The notes below the pieces were generated by a model. It saw only the letters and a list, made by a program, of their open reading frames with translations. It was not told the DNA's origin and made no database searches. DNA of 64,000 bases from Eledone cirrhosa (taxonomy: Eukaryota), in contig OZ024741.1 in assembly GCA_964016885.1 (NCBI GenBank), positions 252,774,001 to 252,838,000 on the forward strand. Direction: 5' to 3'. This document shows positions 1 to 11,800 of the stretch, in pieces. Position 1 is the first letter of the stretch. Each line of letters begins with the position of its first letter. A program made the position numbers and the translations under genes.

Positions 1-402
1 ATAAAGCAATGCCTGTGCCATGAAGCTTTTATAGGGAGCAAAGGCTCTGCACAAAGCCAGTCCCACTCTCTTAACCAAGATGATATTTACCAAAAAGAAG
101 AACAAGTCACCATCATTGGATACCATCAGGGTTGCAGGTGATATATCAGAGTTTTCCTTCTCCTAGAATTCTGCCTTGACAAAGGCTAAGGGGTCATCTC
201 TCCCGGTGATTTTGGATGGCCATTGACTCTTAAGAGCTCATTTGCCCTTTGGCAGGTTTTGTTTTTAGTCCTGCAGGATGTCCAAAGTCACCCTCCTCAC
301 CAAGAAACCTTGGTGGGGTTGCCAGTTTAGTCGCCAACGACCCGACCATGAGACAGGTTGTACTGGGATACATGTTACCAGTAGCACCAACTGGTGACCT
401 GA
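1..402 (-). mobile_element. Repeat fragment, probably the 5' region of an RTE-type LINE; second copy at ~34660-34797
   Basis: 215-350 matches the reverse complement of 34660-34797 (gatggccattgactctt...cgacccgaccatg). Family assignment is inferred from resemblance to RTE 5' regions. Confidence 0.4.
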
Positions 403-405
403 CAT

Positions 406-459
<54 letters not shown>

Positions 460-1394
460 ATATATCATCATCATCATCATCATCATAATTATCATCATCA
501 CTGTCTATTTTTTCATGTTAGCATGGTTTAGAAGAGTTGCCCCATTGTGAAACAAGCCAGGTAAGATGACTATATTTTACTCACACAGAACTAGTTTGAA
601 CTTTGGTTTCTATGGATGGGTGCCCATCCTAATACCAACTATATTTACAATGTGGGGTGGGTGCTTTTAATCATGCTGGGTCACCAGTCTAGTACTCAAT
701 ATTTGTGAAAGTAGTGTGAAAATATGGCAAAAAGCCAGTTCCAGGTGGCTGTACACATGCAATTATCCACTTGCCATTGAAATGGTGTAAACACAGCTGA
801 CAAGCATTAGCCTATACCAACTTGTTTTATTTGGAGAAAATTAAGCAGTTGAAAGTACAGTTTAGCTGTCTACTTGCATTGTTCATAGAAATATTGTTGA
901 GACCCTTCTTTTCATACTCCTCTGTTTTGGCTTATTGGAGGAAATGTGAAAGAGAAAGTCACAGGTTAAGTTGGCAGAAGGTTCCAGTGTCATAGCAGTA
1001 AGGCCTAGGCTACTTACCTCAAAAGTACATTTGCACTCTTTCCACTAAGTTACTCTTTCTCTCTATCCCTCTTGGTGCAGTCCCTTGCAAATTTCTCGCA
1101 TAGGTCTGGCCTGGTGTAGATTTGCACCCGATCCATCTGCCCGATGCACATGTCCGCTTTGTACTGCTTTTGGGGGAAGGAGTGACCAGCAGTACATTGT
1201 TCGGTATTATTATGAAAAGGTGTAGCAGAGAATCCCGCATGAACTAACAGCTCGGGAGGAAACTGCTTACCTCGAAGATTCATTCGCTCCGTTTAGTTGG
1301 TATTTGTTGGTCTGCAGTTAGATGAATGGCACACAAAGGGTTAATGTATATTGGCAAGAAGTGGCAACTGGGCTGGCTTGCATTGTTTATATTA

Positions 1395-1770
1395 TATATT
1401 AAAATAACAGATTAAATTTTAAGCAAAGAATCGTTGCTTTCACCCTTAACAGGATCTTCTGAAACTAAAAAAATCAATCTGTGAACATAGAAGTAAATAT
1501 TTCGAAAAACGTTGTAACCAAAGGAAAACAGGAAGATGACACTTTGGTTCGTGAAGACGTTCCCTGGCAATGAACGGAAAATAGCGAACATAATATGTCA
1601 TCATTGTTCGTCAGAATGTTGTGATGCAGACAGCCAGACATGCAGACAGATATTATAAGGGCGTGACGGGGATCGATAACCGACGCCTAACTCCCCTTTA
1701 ACAACAGAAAATTGAAAAATAAAGCTGCAGTTAATATCTTTAGACCGCAAGGAATATATACACGGTTCTC
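1395..1770 (-). mobile_element. HHR-bearing repeat family A (PLE-terminus-like)
   Basis: Matches 30725-30940 and 37852-37926 and contains a hammerhead-like core at 1416-1466. Confidence 0.7.
1416..1466 (-). ncRNA. Type I hammerhead ribozyme, U4A variant (family A)
   Basis: Reverse complement reads agttt-CAGAAGA-tcctgttaagggt-GAA-AGCAA(cgattct)TTGCT-T-aaaat. Confidence 0.6.
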
Positions 1771-2564
1771 ATAATCAACAGCAAATGCATAAACCGCTGG
1801 CAGGAAAAACACACGTCCTAATGCCTGTGTGCCCAGCATACATATGAGTTCCTGGGAGGGTTTGCCAGCTGTCGTGTTTGCTAGAAAAAGCTATCAACAA
1901 AAAAAGACGAAAAGAACGAAGAACTGTGTGCAGCCAAAACCCAGTAGACAGTTGAAGCAATACATGGAGCCCTGAGGGGTGGGGAGGGGGTATATATATA
2001 TTGTTGACAGCCACCTATAGACAGCAACTACAACAACAACAACAATGATGACAATGACGACAACAATAACAACAATAACATCAACCCGCCGACCAAAGTT
2101 GTCCACACTGGTCGCAATAGTCGTGCTGATAACATCACCCTATTGACAACAACAACTAAAACAACAGCTACAGTAAACACTTACAACGACAACTAAAACA
2201 AAAACACAGACCAGCGTCGTGTATACAGGTCGTAGTCATCGCAGTGACGGTACCACCCTGTTGACAATAAACAGCGATAACGCCAAAGAGGAGATTAGAG
2301 GTAGTTTAGACTTGGTGGTATCAATCACCATGACCATAAATAGCAACAACAACAACGGCAACAAGCACCAACACCGCCCATCACCCACCCCATTCGTCGC
2401 AGTAGTGGTGGTATCTTCTATGTTAGTATTAAGCCATTGGCAACACCACCAATGACCCCCACCATGGCGCCGGCGATATATATATATATATATACTAATA
2501 GTGGTGGAACACTGGAAGGTAATATCTGTAGTGGTAGAGCACTCAGTCCATGGGACGAGTTAGG

Positions 2565-2720
2565 TAGAAGTGGTTACACAACAGTTAGTTCACCATACCG
2601 AGAACAATTGTTTCACCTTAGCTGATCCTCAGCTCGTAATCTTTACGAGCTGAGGATCCGCTAAGGTGATACAATTGTTCTCGGTATATGGTGAACTAAC
2701 TGTTGTGTAACCACTTCTAT
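2565..2720. mobile_element. Palindromic cassette with two head-to-head hammerhead motifs (family B)
   Basis: Near-perfect ~75-bp arms. Minus strand 2600-2635 reads gag-CTGAGGA-tcagctaaggt-GAA-ACAATTGT-T-ctc. Plus strand 2647-2682 is the same with GATA in place of GAAA. (TA)n follows on the right. Confidence 0.75.
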
Positions 2721-2727
2721 ATATACT

Positions 2728-2759
<32 letters not shown>

Positions 2760-2958
2760 TATATATATAAATATATATATATAAATATATATATATAAAT
2801 ATATATATTTATATATCTATATATATCTATATATATATTAGTATATATCTCTTAGTATATATATATATATATAAAGTATTAAAAAAATAATGAATAAAAC
2901 AATGAAACAGTTCCTTATATTAAACAAAAAAAGTTCATTATTTAACGATCGTTTCTAC

Positions 2959-2996
<38 letters not shown>

Positions 2997-3000
2997 AAAT

Positions 3001-3039
<39 letters not shown>

Positions 3040-3042
3040 GAT

Positions 3043-3217
3043 ACACTGTAAATGTGGTTGGTGTTAGGAAGGGCATCCAGCTGTAGAAAACCCGCCAGAC
3101 AGTCCTATGCGAGTAAGACAACGACTATTGCCTCAAGTGGGAAAACTCCCCTCCAAACCCATGCAAGCGTGGAATATGGACGTTAAACGATGATGATGAT
3201 GATAATGATGATGATGA
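3043..3217 (+). mobile_element. RTE LINE 3' UTR fragment with (GAT)n tail
   Basis: Matches the 3' end of the RTE copy at 37695-37850. Confidence 0.8.
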
Positions 3218-3702
3218 TATATATATATATATATATATATATATCATAAAACATGTCTATAGAATCGCCAGATAAAATAAATACTATTTCCTCTCCCAAT
3301 TAGCATAATTAACCATATAAAAAATCGAATAGACCAAGCTATAAGAATAAGGCTTCTATGAAGAAATCTCCAACAAATAACTGAAACCAGCCCTTCGCGC
3401 CGGCTGCGACGGAATATTTATCGAATATTTTGACAGCGTTATCGCCCAGATATACAGTCAATTAAACAGAATTAGGTGTAAAATAAACTAGGAGAAAAGT
3501 GAACACATTTATTTACCTCGACCATGGTTGAGATACAAATTTGGCTGTATTGCGCTGCGCTTTCTAGCAAAAAGCCACCAGCCGTAAGCAACTAACCACA
3601 TTCCTTCTAACCTGACCGCTGCTACGTCACGATTCTTAACCATTTTTGAATGTATTCTTGGCGCGATCACTTTTGAAAATTTATTGTCTAAATTTGAGCT
3701 AA

Positions 3703-3777
3703 CTTCCTGAAGAGTCTGGTGCTCAAGGTTCCGAAGCTATCGGATATCTTAAAATGCGGACGAAACCATGGTCGAGG
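3703..3777 (+). ncRNA. Type I hammerhead ribozyme, canonical core, GUC site
   Basis: cttc-CTGAAGA-gtctg...cggac-GAA-ACCATGGT-C-gagg: stems I and II present, palindromic stem III. Confidence 0.85.
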
Positions 3778-3988
3778 TAAATAAATGTGTTCACTTTTCT
3801 CCTAGTTTATTTTACACCTAATTCTGTTTAATTGACTGTATATCTGGGCGATTACGCTGTCAAAATATTCGATAAATATTCCGTCGCAGCCGGCGCGAAG
3901 GGCTGGTTTCAGTTATTTGTTGGAGATTTCTTCATAGTAGCCTTATTCTTATAGCTTGGTCTATTCGATTTTTTATATGGTTAATTAT

Positions 3989-4320
3989 GACTGTAAATGT
4001 GGCCGTGTAGGCAACACGGTAAAAACCTCCCAGCCCCACACTGTAAATGTGGTTGGTGTTAGGAAGGGCATGCAGCTGTAGAAAACCCGCCAGACAGTCC
4101 ACGCTGTAATGTGGCCTTGTAGGCAACACGGTAAAAACCTCCCAGCCCCACACTGTAAATGTGGTTGGTGTTAGGAAGGGCATCCAACTGTAGAAAACCC
4201 GCCAGACAGTCCTATGCGAGCAAGACAACCACTCTTGCCTCAAGTGGGAAAACCCCCGTCCAAACCCATGCAAGCGTGGAACACGGACGCTAAACCTGAT
4301 GATGATGATGATGATGATGA
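3989..4320 (+). mobile_element. RTE LINE 3' UTR fragment with (GAT)n tail
   Basis: Nearly identical to 37535-37850, including its internal duplication. Confidence 0.85.
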
Positions 4321-4404
4321 TGGGAGAGGAAATGGTATATATTTTATCTAGAACATGTTTTATTAACTTTTCATTGAGCCACAAAGTGACCCGTTGCAAA
4401 ACAC

Positions 4405-4479
<75 letters not shown>

Positions 4480-4645
4480 GGGTCGGACACCATGCTTTGA
4501 TGCATAGAGTTACGGCCCTTGCCATTCTGAGTTCAAATCCTGCCGAGGTTAACTTTGCCTTTCATCCTTACGAGGTCAATAAAATAAAGTACCAGTAATG
4601 CACTGGGCAATTGCTGGCCTTGTGCCAAAAGTAGAAACAATTATT
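4480..4645 (+). mobile_element. tRNA-derived SINE family 1, 5' truncated
   Basis: B box gagttcaaatcc, central gcctttcatccttacg..gtc.ataaaataaagtaccag (Meta-domain-like), tail gtagaaacaattatt. More than 12 copies in the window. Confidence 0.8.
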
Positions 4646-4979
4646 GAAAAAAGGAGAAAAACAATTTTTAAAAAAAGGAGTTTTATAAAATATATAATAT
4701 GTATATAATATATATATATATATGTATGAGTATGTATCCTATTGAATGTTGAAATGTTATTTTTACTTTACATGTGGCTTGAACAGTGGCTGGTCTCCCA
4801 TTTTTTTGGATCTAATATTTTTATGGAATTATGAGATGTCTTCTAATGATTACTAGTTCTTTGTCTCATCACTTACTAATGTTAATCAATGTTGAATGTT
4901 GAGGATTTTTGCTGGTATGAAATGATACCAGATAGCCCTTATAAAATCTTAGTGACTCTATAAGCATGATATTTATTCT

Positions 4980-5250
4980 CTCTCTGACCAATCTCCATGT
5001 GTGATATCTATCTGTATTACATGATTGACCAATCATTGGTTTGGTACCTACCTGTATTACCTGGTTGACTAATCACTACCTGCCAGTATTACCTGGTTGA
5101 TTTATTACCAGGTATTGTACCTGCCTGTATTACCTGGTTGACCAATCACTAGGTATGGTACCTGCCAGTATTACCCGGTTGACCAATCACCAGGTACAGT
5201 ACCTGGTGAACCAATAATTAGGTATTTTACCCTCCTATATTAACTAGTTG
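4980..5250. repeat. Degenerate ~36-40-bp minisatellite
   Basis: Repeated tattacctggttgaccaatcac..ggta...tacctg units. Confidence 0.7.
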
Positions 5251-5499
5251 TCAATGCATATGTCCACATTCTGCTCTACTACACCAGATGTAATAAGCAT
5301 CTCAGCAACTATCCCTGGTAGACCAGCAGCTTTCCCTGTCTTTATATCCTTAATTTATTAATAATAAATATTTTTAAAATCTATTTCAAATAACAACAAC
5401 ACTACAGATATTTCAAAATGGAAAATGAAAGGAAGGACAATGGATGGCTCTGAGAACACAGAAGAATGGATGAGGAAAGGGAGAGGGTGATGTGCTCTA

Positions 5500-5700
5500 G
5501 GTTTAGGGTGTGCTGGTGTTGGGGCTGCATCCTAGGGACAAGGTTGCAAAAGCATTTCTGTGGATAATGGCCAGCGACACTCTCCACAACAGCCACCCCA
5601 TCTTGTGGGGCTCCTTCCTCAGACGGGATGCTGACGTTCCGATCTTGTGGACAATCCCCAGTATCCTTAATTGTTTGAGGGATTGTATTGTGGACTTCCA
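5500..5700 (-). pseudogene. C-terminal fragment of a CRE-clade (RLE) non-LTR retrotransposon
   Basis: A minus-strand frame not in the ORF track reads GIVHKIGTSASRLRKEPHKMGWLLWRVSLAIIHRNAFATL, resembling the CRE C-terminal motif LG..L....G+P....FL.QR+S+A+QRGNA..+L. Confidence 0.55.
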
Positions 5701-6190
5701 AGTCAGGTCTGTCTATTGTGTCTACTTTTTGTAGGCTCACATTTTCCACATTTAACAGTTTCTCCTAAAAGCACTGCTATTATTCTAGCCATTCAGCATT
5801 GGTAGAAGTATGCCATTATCCTTACATATACATTTCTCCCAACAACATCATCATTGTCACTGTTACACTTGCCTTGTAATCTGAATTAGGTCACACCTTT
5901 CATCCTTATGATGCAGAATATATGCTAGCCTTTTCATTTCTGCTTCTCCTTTTAGCTAGCTTCATCTATATCTAATCACACTTTTTGCTTTTTGCTAGCT
6001 GATAATGTTTCCTATTGCCTTCAACCCTTCAGTCTTTCTAATACATACATACATGCACACACACATATATATGTGTATATATATATATTATTATTATTCC
6101 CCCCCCCCCTTTTTTTTCCTCCAGCCTCACTTTCATATCTGTTATATTTTTGTTTTTCAAATCCACTGTCAATAAAGACACCACGATTTT

Positions 6191-6248
6191 TTCATTCTGA
6201 TGAATGAAAGTAATTTTGGTTGCTTTCAAGAAACCACTGGTAAATGAA
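6191..6248 (+). ncRNA. Type I hammerhead ribozyme, canonical core (family D)
   Basis: ttcatt-CTGATGA-a-tgaaagtaa(ttttgg)ttgctttca-a-GAA-ACCACTGGT-A-aatgaa, with a 6-bp stem I. Followed by ~30 nt and then (TA)n. Confidence 0.85.
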
Positions 6249-6429
6249 ATAATTATCTTATGTTGTTTATTACATAACTATATATATATATATATATAAT
6301 AATAATATTTATACTTATATATACACAATATATAATTATAAACAGGAAAGGTAAGTAATTCATTACCACCTTATTACCAGTAAGAAAAATAGCTGAATGT
6401 AAATATATCAGTTGTTTTACAGAGCTGGA

Positions 6430-7165
6430 ATATAAGTTACAGAATAATCAAAACTATGTTCAAAACATTTTATTGCTGACAATCCTTTCTTCCAAACTTT
6501 CATTTGGAATCATCGGAGCACTAGCAAAGTTACTAATTGGTTACTAATAGACATTTACTAAAATATAACCAATGTAATGGTTATATCAAGGAAAACCTTG
6601 ATGTTAATACTCACAACACATGCACATTCGAACATTACCGGAACAATTATCACAACATTGCATCCACCATAAACTTCATAGAAACTGCTTTTCATACTCA
6701 CCCATCTCTGTCTGCTTAATATGCTTTTATACCTGTATTGTATTATGTGATACCTTTGCCATACTGTGATATATATGCTTAGTACCATTGCTTGTTTCTT
6801 ACCTGGTTATTCTGTACATGCCTAATACCTCTGCACTCTTTCTATACGTTTGCATATTTACCGCTAATGTCCTCATTTTGTGAGTCACTTTTTTCTTTAA
6901 TTCCTCTATAATTGTTGTATTAATCTTTTATAATCTTTGATACTGACCACATCCACTGATACTGACCACATCATCTTCACTCTTTAAATATGACACTGTT
7001 AATGACAACACTAATATCTACGTATCTTTACAATTGTTCTGTGGAATAGGAGGCTAATTATATGTCTAAACTTTGCTAGTGCTCCGATGATTCCAAACGA
7101 AAGATTGGAAGAAACGATTGTCAGCAATAAAATGTTTTGAACATAGTTTTGATTATTCTGTAATT

Positions 7166-7170
<5 letters not shown>
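6430..7170. mobile_element. PLE-terminus cassette with inverted HHR-containing arms (family E, U4C core)
   Basis: 6430-6530 and 7068-7168 are inverted copies. Plus 7081-7125 reads gct-CCGATGA-ttccaa(acgaaaga)ttggaa-GAA-ACGATTGT-C-agc. The minus copy is at 6475-6519. Confidence 0.75.
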
Positions 7171-7217
<47 letters not shown>

Positions 7218-7398
7218 ATACATAAACAGAGAAACCTTTAAGCGATACTCTGACCAACTCCATCTCACTCAACAAACATTAGGATATACCTAAGTATAAT
7301 TCCAATTAAGTGTTTGGGGTGCTAACTATATAGTATTCCGTGGAAAGTTGGTTGTATTGTTTTATATGAGACACAATTAAGTAAATCTCTTTTTCCTT

Positions 7399-7568
7399 CC
7401 ATACGATCGTTTCGTTATAAGATTTCTACAAGTTGGGATAAATAATGTCCAGGTTATGTAGAAACTTGTATATATACAAGTTTCTATCCATGTGTATATA
7501 TACAAGTTTCTATCCATGTGTATATCCATAGATATACACACAAGCGGACCCTTATAACTCATCAGTGC
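7399..7568 (-). ncRNA. Hammerhead motif with ~130-nt insertion in stem II (family F)
   Basis: Reverse complement reads gca-CTGATGA-gttataag...cttataac-GAA-ACGATCGT-A-tgg. Confidence 0.7.
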
Positions 7569-7789
7569 ATGCCCATGCAATATCGATATAAAAAATTACA
7601 TCGATATTAATAATTAGTGATGGTCCCCGTCAGAGCTAGAAGGACAGCTAAATTTGAAAAGCCAGTAGTCCTTCAAAAAAAAAATTCACAGTCCCCAAAA
7701 GGGAAAGGGGAGGTCATCGTAAAATATAAAATAATATACACGCTGGTCATTGTAGCCTGTTAGGTATTTTAACCACGTATTATATATAT

Positions 7790-7960
7790 ATTAATAAAAG
7801 GAATTCCAACTTTGTCTGATTTACTCGTTTTATTTACAATCCTTTAAAATTATAATGGTATTAGAATGAAATAGTATGGTAGAATATTAAATGTTAATTG
7901 AACAAGTACTTTCATGCTTTCGCAATGTTCAGGTTCATATTCAGTGGTGACAGTCAAGTT
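7790..7960 (-). mobile_element. HHR-bearing cassette family G between (TA)n tracts
   Basis: Reverse complement of 7900-7936 reads gaac-CTGAACA-ttgcgaaagcat-GAA-AGTACT-T-gttc. Homologous to 8688-8756 and 11801-11988. Confidence 0.7.
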
Positions 7961-7962
7961 TG

Positions 7963-8025
<63 letters not shown>

Positions 8026-8199
8026 GAAAGGTTTATAACAAAGACTAAAAAAATAGACATATTATATATATATATATGTCTATTTTTTAGTCTTTGTTAT
8101 AAACCTTTCTTTCACACAAACCCCCCACACTGTACTGTCATGTACCATCTTTATCATCCTCTTAATATAAGTCTTGGATGGCAAATAAAGAAACCATTG

Positions 8200-8575
8200 T
8201 TATTATTATTGTTAAGAGCATCGGACAACATGCTTTGTGGTATAGAGTTACGTCCTTTTACGTTCACTAAAATAAATCGGTGTCGATAAAATAAATCACC
8301 AGTAATGCACTGGGATTGTTTTAATTGACTTTCCCCTTCCCCAAAATTGCTGGCCTTGTGTCTATAGCAGAAATCATTAGTGATGGATTGGCAGTATCGG
8401 TAGAGGGTTGGATGCCATGCTTTGCAGCACAGAGTTACGCCCCTTTACTGTCTGAGTTCAAATTCCACCGAGGTTAACTTAGCCTTTCATACTTACAGGG
8501 TCGATAAAATAAAGTACCAGTAATACACTGGAATAATTGCTGACCTTGTGCCAAGAGTAGAAACAACAATTATTA
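8200..8575 (+). mobile_element. Two tandem SINE family 1 copies
   Basis: Degenerate copy at 8200-8378. Fuller copy at 8382-8570 with A box tggcagtatcgg and B box gagttcaaattc. Confidence 0.8.
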
Positions 8576-8653
8576 TTATTAGTATTATTATTTTTATTAT
8601 TATTATTATGGTCTTATTGGTTTTAATTAGTAACATCTCATCCACATTAAATG

Positions 8654-8691
<38 letters not shown>

Positions 8692-8756
8692 TAAAAGGAA
8701 TTCCAACTTTGTCTGATTTACTCGTTTTATTTACAATCCTTTAAAATTTATAATGG

Positions 8757-9161
8757 TAAAGAAAAGTGATGTTTCTCTTTGTCGAATAAATAAATGCACA
8801 ATCAAGTCTAACAATCATTTTATTTAATGCAATAATTTAGTAAATTTCCTACAACGTCAATATTTTGAGGAGCGGATCTTTCCACGTCTGTTCATGTCCG
8901 TGGTCCAAAAAGAGTGAGTGAACCTGTGGCTGTGTCCGGGTGTATTTTTGCCTCCCTTCCCTGAAGGGTTGTTAAGGGGAGGCAACTGCTAGCTACCAAG
9001 CGACCATCTCAGCCACTACATTCACCTCGGAGCAGATTTTTTTGTCGCAAAATCGTTAACAATGAAGCGAAGGTAGTTTACAAAATGTAGAAGAATGTAT
9101 CAACAAATTAAAAATTAAAAAAAAATAATAAATAGGTTCATGTCTGCAAGCATTAACACAG

Positions 9162-9199
<38 letters not shown>

Positions 9200-11800
9200 G
9201 TACAGTAAAAGATGGAAAATGCATGAAAAGATAACACTCTTCGCAATAAAGGGGCCCCAGATGCGATAAACAAGAAAAAAAATGTTTTGCTAGGCAATGA
9301 AAATGCCATATGTAGCATAGTTATAAAAATGCACTAAAAAAAAAGGGACTGTGTCAGAATTGACAACAGTCGTAATGTTACGCAAAATATAATATATTGA
9401 CACTGCCGTAGGCAGTCAAGAATCCAAAAGTAACAAAATGCAATGTACAACAAAAACAATTGGAAGGAAAAAAATAACAAAACAAAAAAAAAAAAAAAAA
9501 ATACAATTTAGTTTATATTACTGCATAGCTTACGGGGCCAATGCACCCTTCGCCCAGAACGGGTCGTAGTTCTGTGTGTTGATGGTGGGGGAGGGGAAGA
9601 AATAGGCCTGTGTGGCAAAGAAAAAGAGGGGGGCATTTGAGTTTCAAGTGTCATTGTGTCATTGTCCAGGTTTGCTCGTCTGAGACGATCAACGGAAACC
9701 GTTTCCCTGGAACCCCGAATGTCCAGTGTGAAATGTTTGTCTGTGCGAGCAAGCACACGATAGGGTCCAGAGTACGGCCGTTGAAGAGGGGGTCTCACGG
9801 CGTCGTCTCTAACGAACACATGGGTCCACAAGGCAATATCCCTTGGGACGGCAGTTTTTACAGTCTGCTTCCCAGTGCCCATCGGTGGTAGATCCTTGAA
9901 ATAAGAGTGAAGCCGGGACACGTAGGAAGCGGGGTCCTGCGAAGTCAGGTCAAAAGGGGCCAGCATTTGCCCCGGTAACGCCAGAGGCGTACCATAAACT
10001 AATTCGGCAGAGGAGAACCCAAGGTCCACCTTTACCGTCGACCGAATACCCAACAATACAATGGGTAGGTACTCGCTCCAACGTGAAGAGTCCATGGAAG
10101 CCCTTAAGGAGGCTTTGAGCTGCCTGTGGAATCTTTCCACCATTCCGTTTGAGGCTGGGTGGTAAGCCGTGGTTCTTATTCGAGTAGCCCCCAGGATTTG
10201 GGTTAGCTCTCGGAAGAGGTTAGACTCGAATTGACGACCACGATCCGTTGTTATGGTGGTTGGTACACCGAAACGAGCGATCCACGAAGATACGAGGGTA
10301 CGGGCTGTGGTTTCGGCGGTGATATCTGTTATAGGGACGGCTTCAGGCCAACGCGAAAAACGGTCAACAATCGTCAAAAGATACGAAAAACCACGACTAA
10401 CCGGCCACGGGCCGACGATGTCCACATGAATGTGACGAAATCTTGCATCGGGGCAGGTGAAGGTTCTGAGAGGAGCCTTAACATGTCTATGAACTTTCGC
10501 TTGTTGGCAAGCGACACAGGAACGACACCAAGCAGCAATGTCACGTCTCATACCAGGCCAGAAAAATCTGGCTGTTATGAGTTTTACTGAGGCTGATACT
10601 CCTGGGTGAGAAATGCCATGTAAAGCGAGAAACGCAGTTCGTCGATGTTCCACTGGGACTAGAGGTCGTGGTGAGTCCAACGAAACATCACACAGTATCT
10701 GTCCGTCAGCAGTTGAGATCGGAATGTATTTCAGTTTGCAATGTACAAACTCTGGCGATGTAACATCCAACGATTCGAGAGTGGGTTGGGCAGCTGCCAT
10801 TCGATGTAAATCTATCTCCTCGGAAGACGAAATCGATGCGATCGGCAGGCGAGACAGCGCATCGGCCGCTGTATTCAAAGAACCCGGAATATGTTGAATG
10901 TCGTTCGTGAACTGTGAGATGAAGTCCAGATGTCTCGTTTCTCTGGGCGAGTATTTGTCTGCCTTAGTTCGAAGAGCAAACGTCAAGGGTTTATGATCAG
11001 TGAAAATGGTGAATGTTCTACCTTCAAGTACATGAGCAAAATGTTTCACTGATAAATAAATTGCTAATAGCTCCCTTCCAAAGGTGCTATAGCGAGTTTC
11101 TGCAGGCTTTAACTTCCTCGAAAAGAACTCGAGTGGTTGCTGTACCCCATCACCCTTCTGCTGTAAGACTGCGCCCACGGCGCTATCCGAAGCATCAACA
11201 CAGAGCGATAGCTCGGCGTTGGGTACTGGGTGGGCGAGCAAAGACGCGTTCGCTAACGCCTTTTTCACTTTTTTAAAATCATCAAGCTGCGTTTCATTTA
11301 AGGAAATGTCCATATTCTTACGCCGGCAACCCTTAAAAATCTCTGTCAACGAGAACAGCAATTTGGAACAACCAGGTACGAATCGCCTATAAAAATTTAC
11401 AAGGCCCAGGAATTGACGCAATTGACGCAGTGAACTTGGCGGAGGCAAATCCGATACTGCCTTAACCTTCTCAGGAAGAGGTCGAATACCATCGGCGTCA
11501 ATCAGATGGCCTAAAAATGTTAGTGGGGGTCGCCAATAAAGAAAAGTGATGTTTCTCTTTGTCGAATAAATAAATGCACAATCAAGTCTAACAATCATTT
11601 TATTTAATGCAATAATTTAGTAAATTTCCTACAACGTCAATATTTTGAGGAGCGGATCTTTCCACGTCTGTTCATGTCCGTGGTCCAAAAAGAGTGAGTG
11701 AACCTGTGGCTGTGTCCGGGTGTATTTTTGCCTCCCTTCCCTGAAGGGTTGTTAAGGGGAGGCAACTGCTAGCTACCAAGCGACCATCTCAGCCACTACG
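8757..11800 (-). mobile_element. Ty3/Gypsy LTR retrotransposon, internally deleted, recent
   Basis: 264-bp LTRs at 8757-9020 and 11537-11800 appear identical except for one terminal base. TSD ATGG at 8753-8756 and 11801-11804. PBS TGGCGACCCCC at ~11525-11535. Confidence 0.93.
9508..11598 (-). CDS. pol: Gypsy Pol remnant: RT C-terminus, RNase H and integrase
   Basis: Motifs [59 protein letters not shown] and a GPY module. The first ~25 aa derive from the LTR/PBS. Confidence 0.9.
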   Translation of the reverse strand: MIVRLDCAFIYSTKRNITFLYWRPPLTFLGHLIDADGIRPLPEKVKAVSDLPPPSSLRQLRQFLGLVNFYRRFVPGCSKLLFSLTEIFKGCRRKNMDISLNETQLDDFKKVKKALANASLLAHPVPNAELSLCVDASDSAVGAVLQQKGDGVQQPLEFFSRKLKPAETRYSTFGRELLAIYLSVKHFAHVLEGRTFTIFTDHKPLTFALRTKADKYSPRETRHLDFISQFTNDIQHIPGSLNTAADALSRLPIASISSSEEIDLHRMAAAQPTLESLDVTSPEFVHCKLKYIPISTADGQILCDVSLDSPRPLVPVEHRRTAFLALHGISHPGVSASVKLITARFFWPGMRRDIAAWCRSCVACQQAKVHRHVKAPLRTFTCPDARFRHIHVDIVGPWPVSRGFSYLLTIVDRFSRWPEAVPITDITAETTARTLVSSWIARFGVPTTITTDRGRQFESNLFRELTQILGATRIRTTAYHPASNGMVERFHRQLKASLRASMDSSRWSEYLPIVLLGIRSTVKVDLGFSSAELVYGTPLALPGQMLAPFDLTSQDPASYVSRLHSYFKDLPPMGTGKQTVKTAVPRDIALWTHVFVRDDAVRPPLQRPYSGPYRVLARTDKHFTLDIRGSRETVSVDRLRRANLDNDTMTLETQMPPSFSLPHRPISSPPPPSTHRTTTRSGRRVHWPRKLCSNIN

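Larger units (their letters stand above)
3245..4365. mobile_element. Inverted-repeat PLE-terminus cassette (family C), right arm interrupted by an RTE 3' fragment
   Basis: Arms 3308-3530 and 3763-3987 are reverse complements. The right arm resumes at 4321 (tgggagaggaaatggtat), mirroring 3280-3298. Confidence 0.75.

Noticed and set aside
9610-11276. Plus-strand ORFs over the Gypsy pol (and similar antisense ORFs over Tx1 and RTE)
   Set aside because: They are shadow frames of real transposon ORFs with no recognisable motifs.
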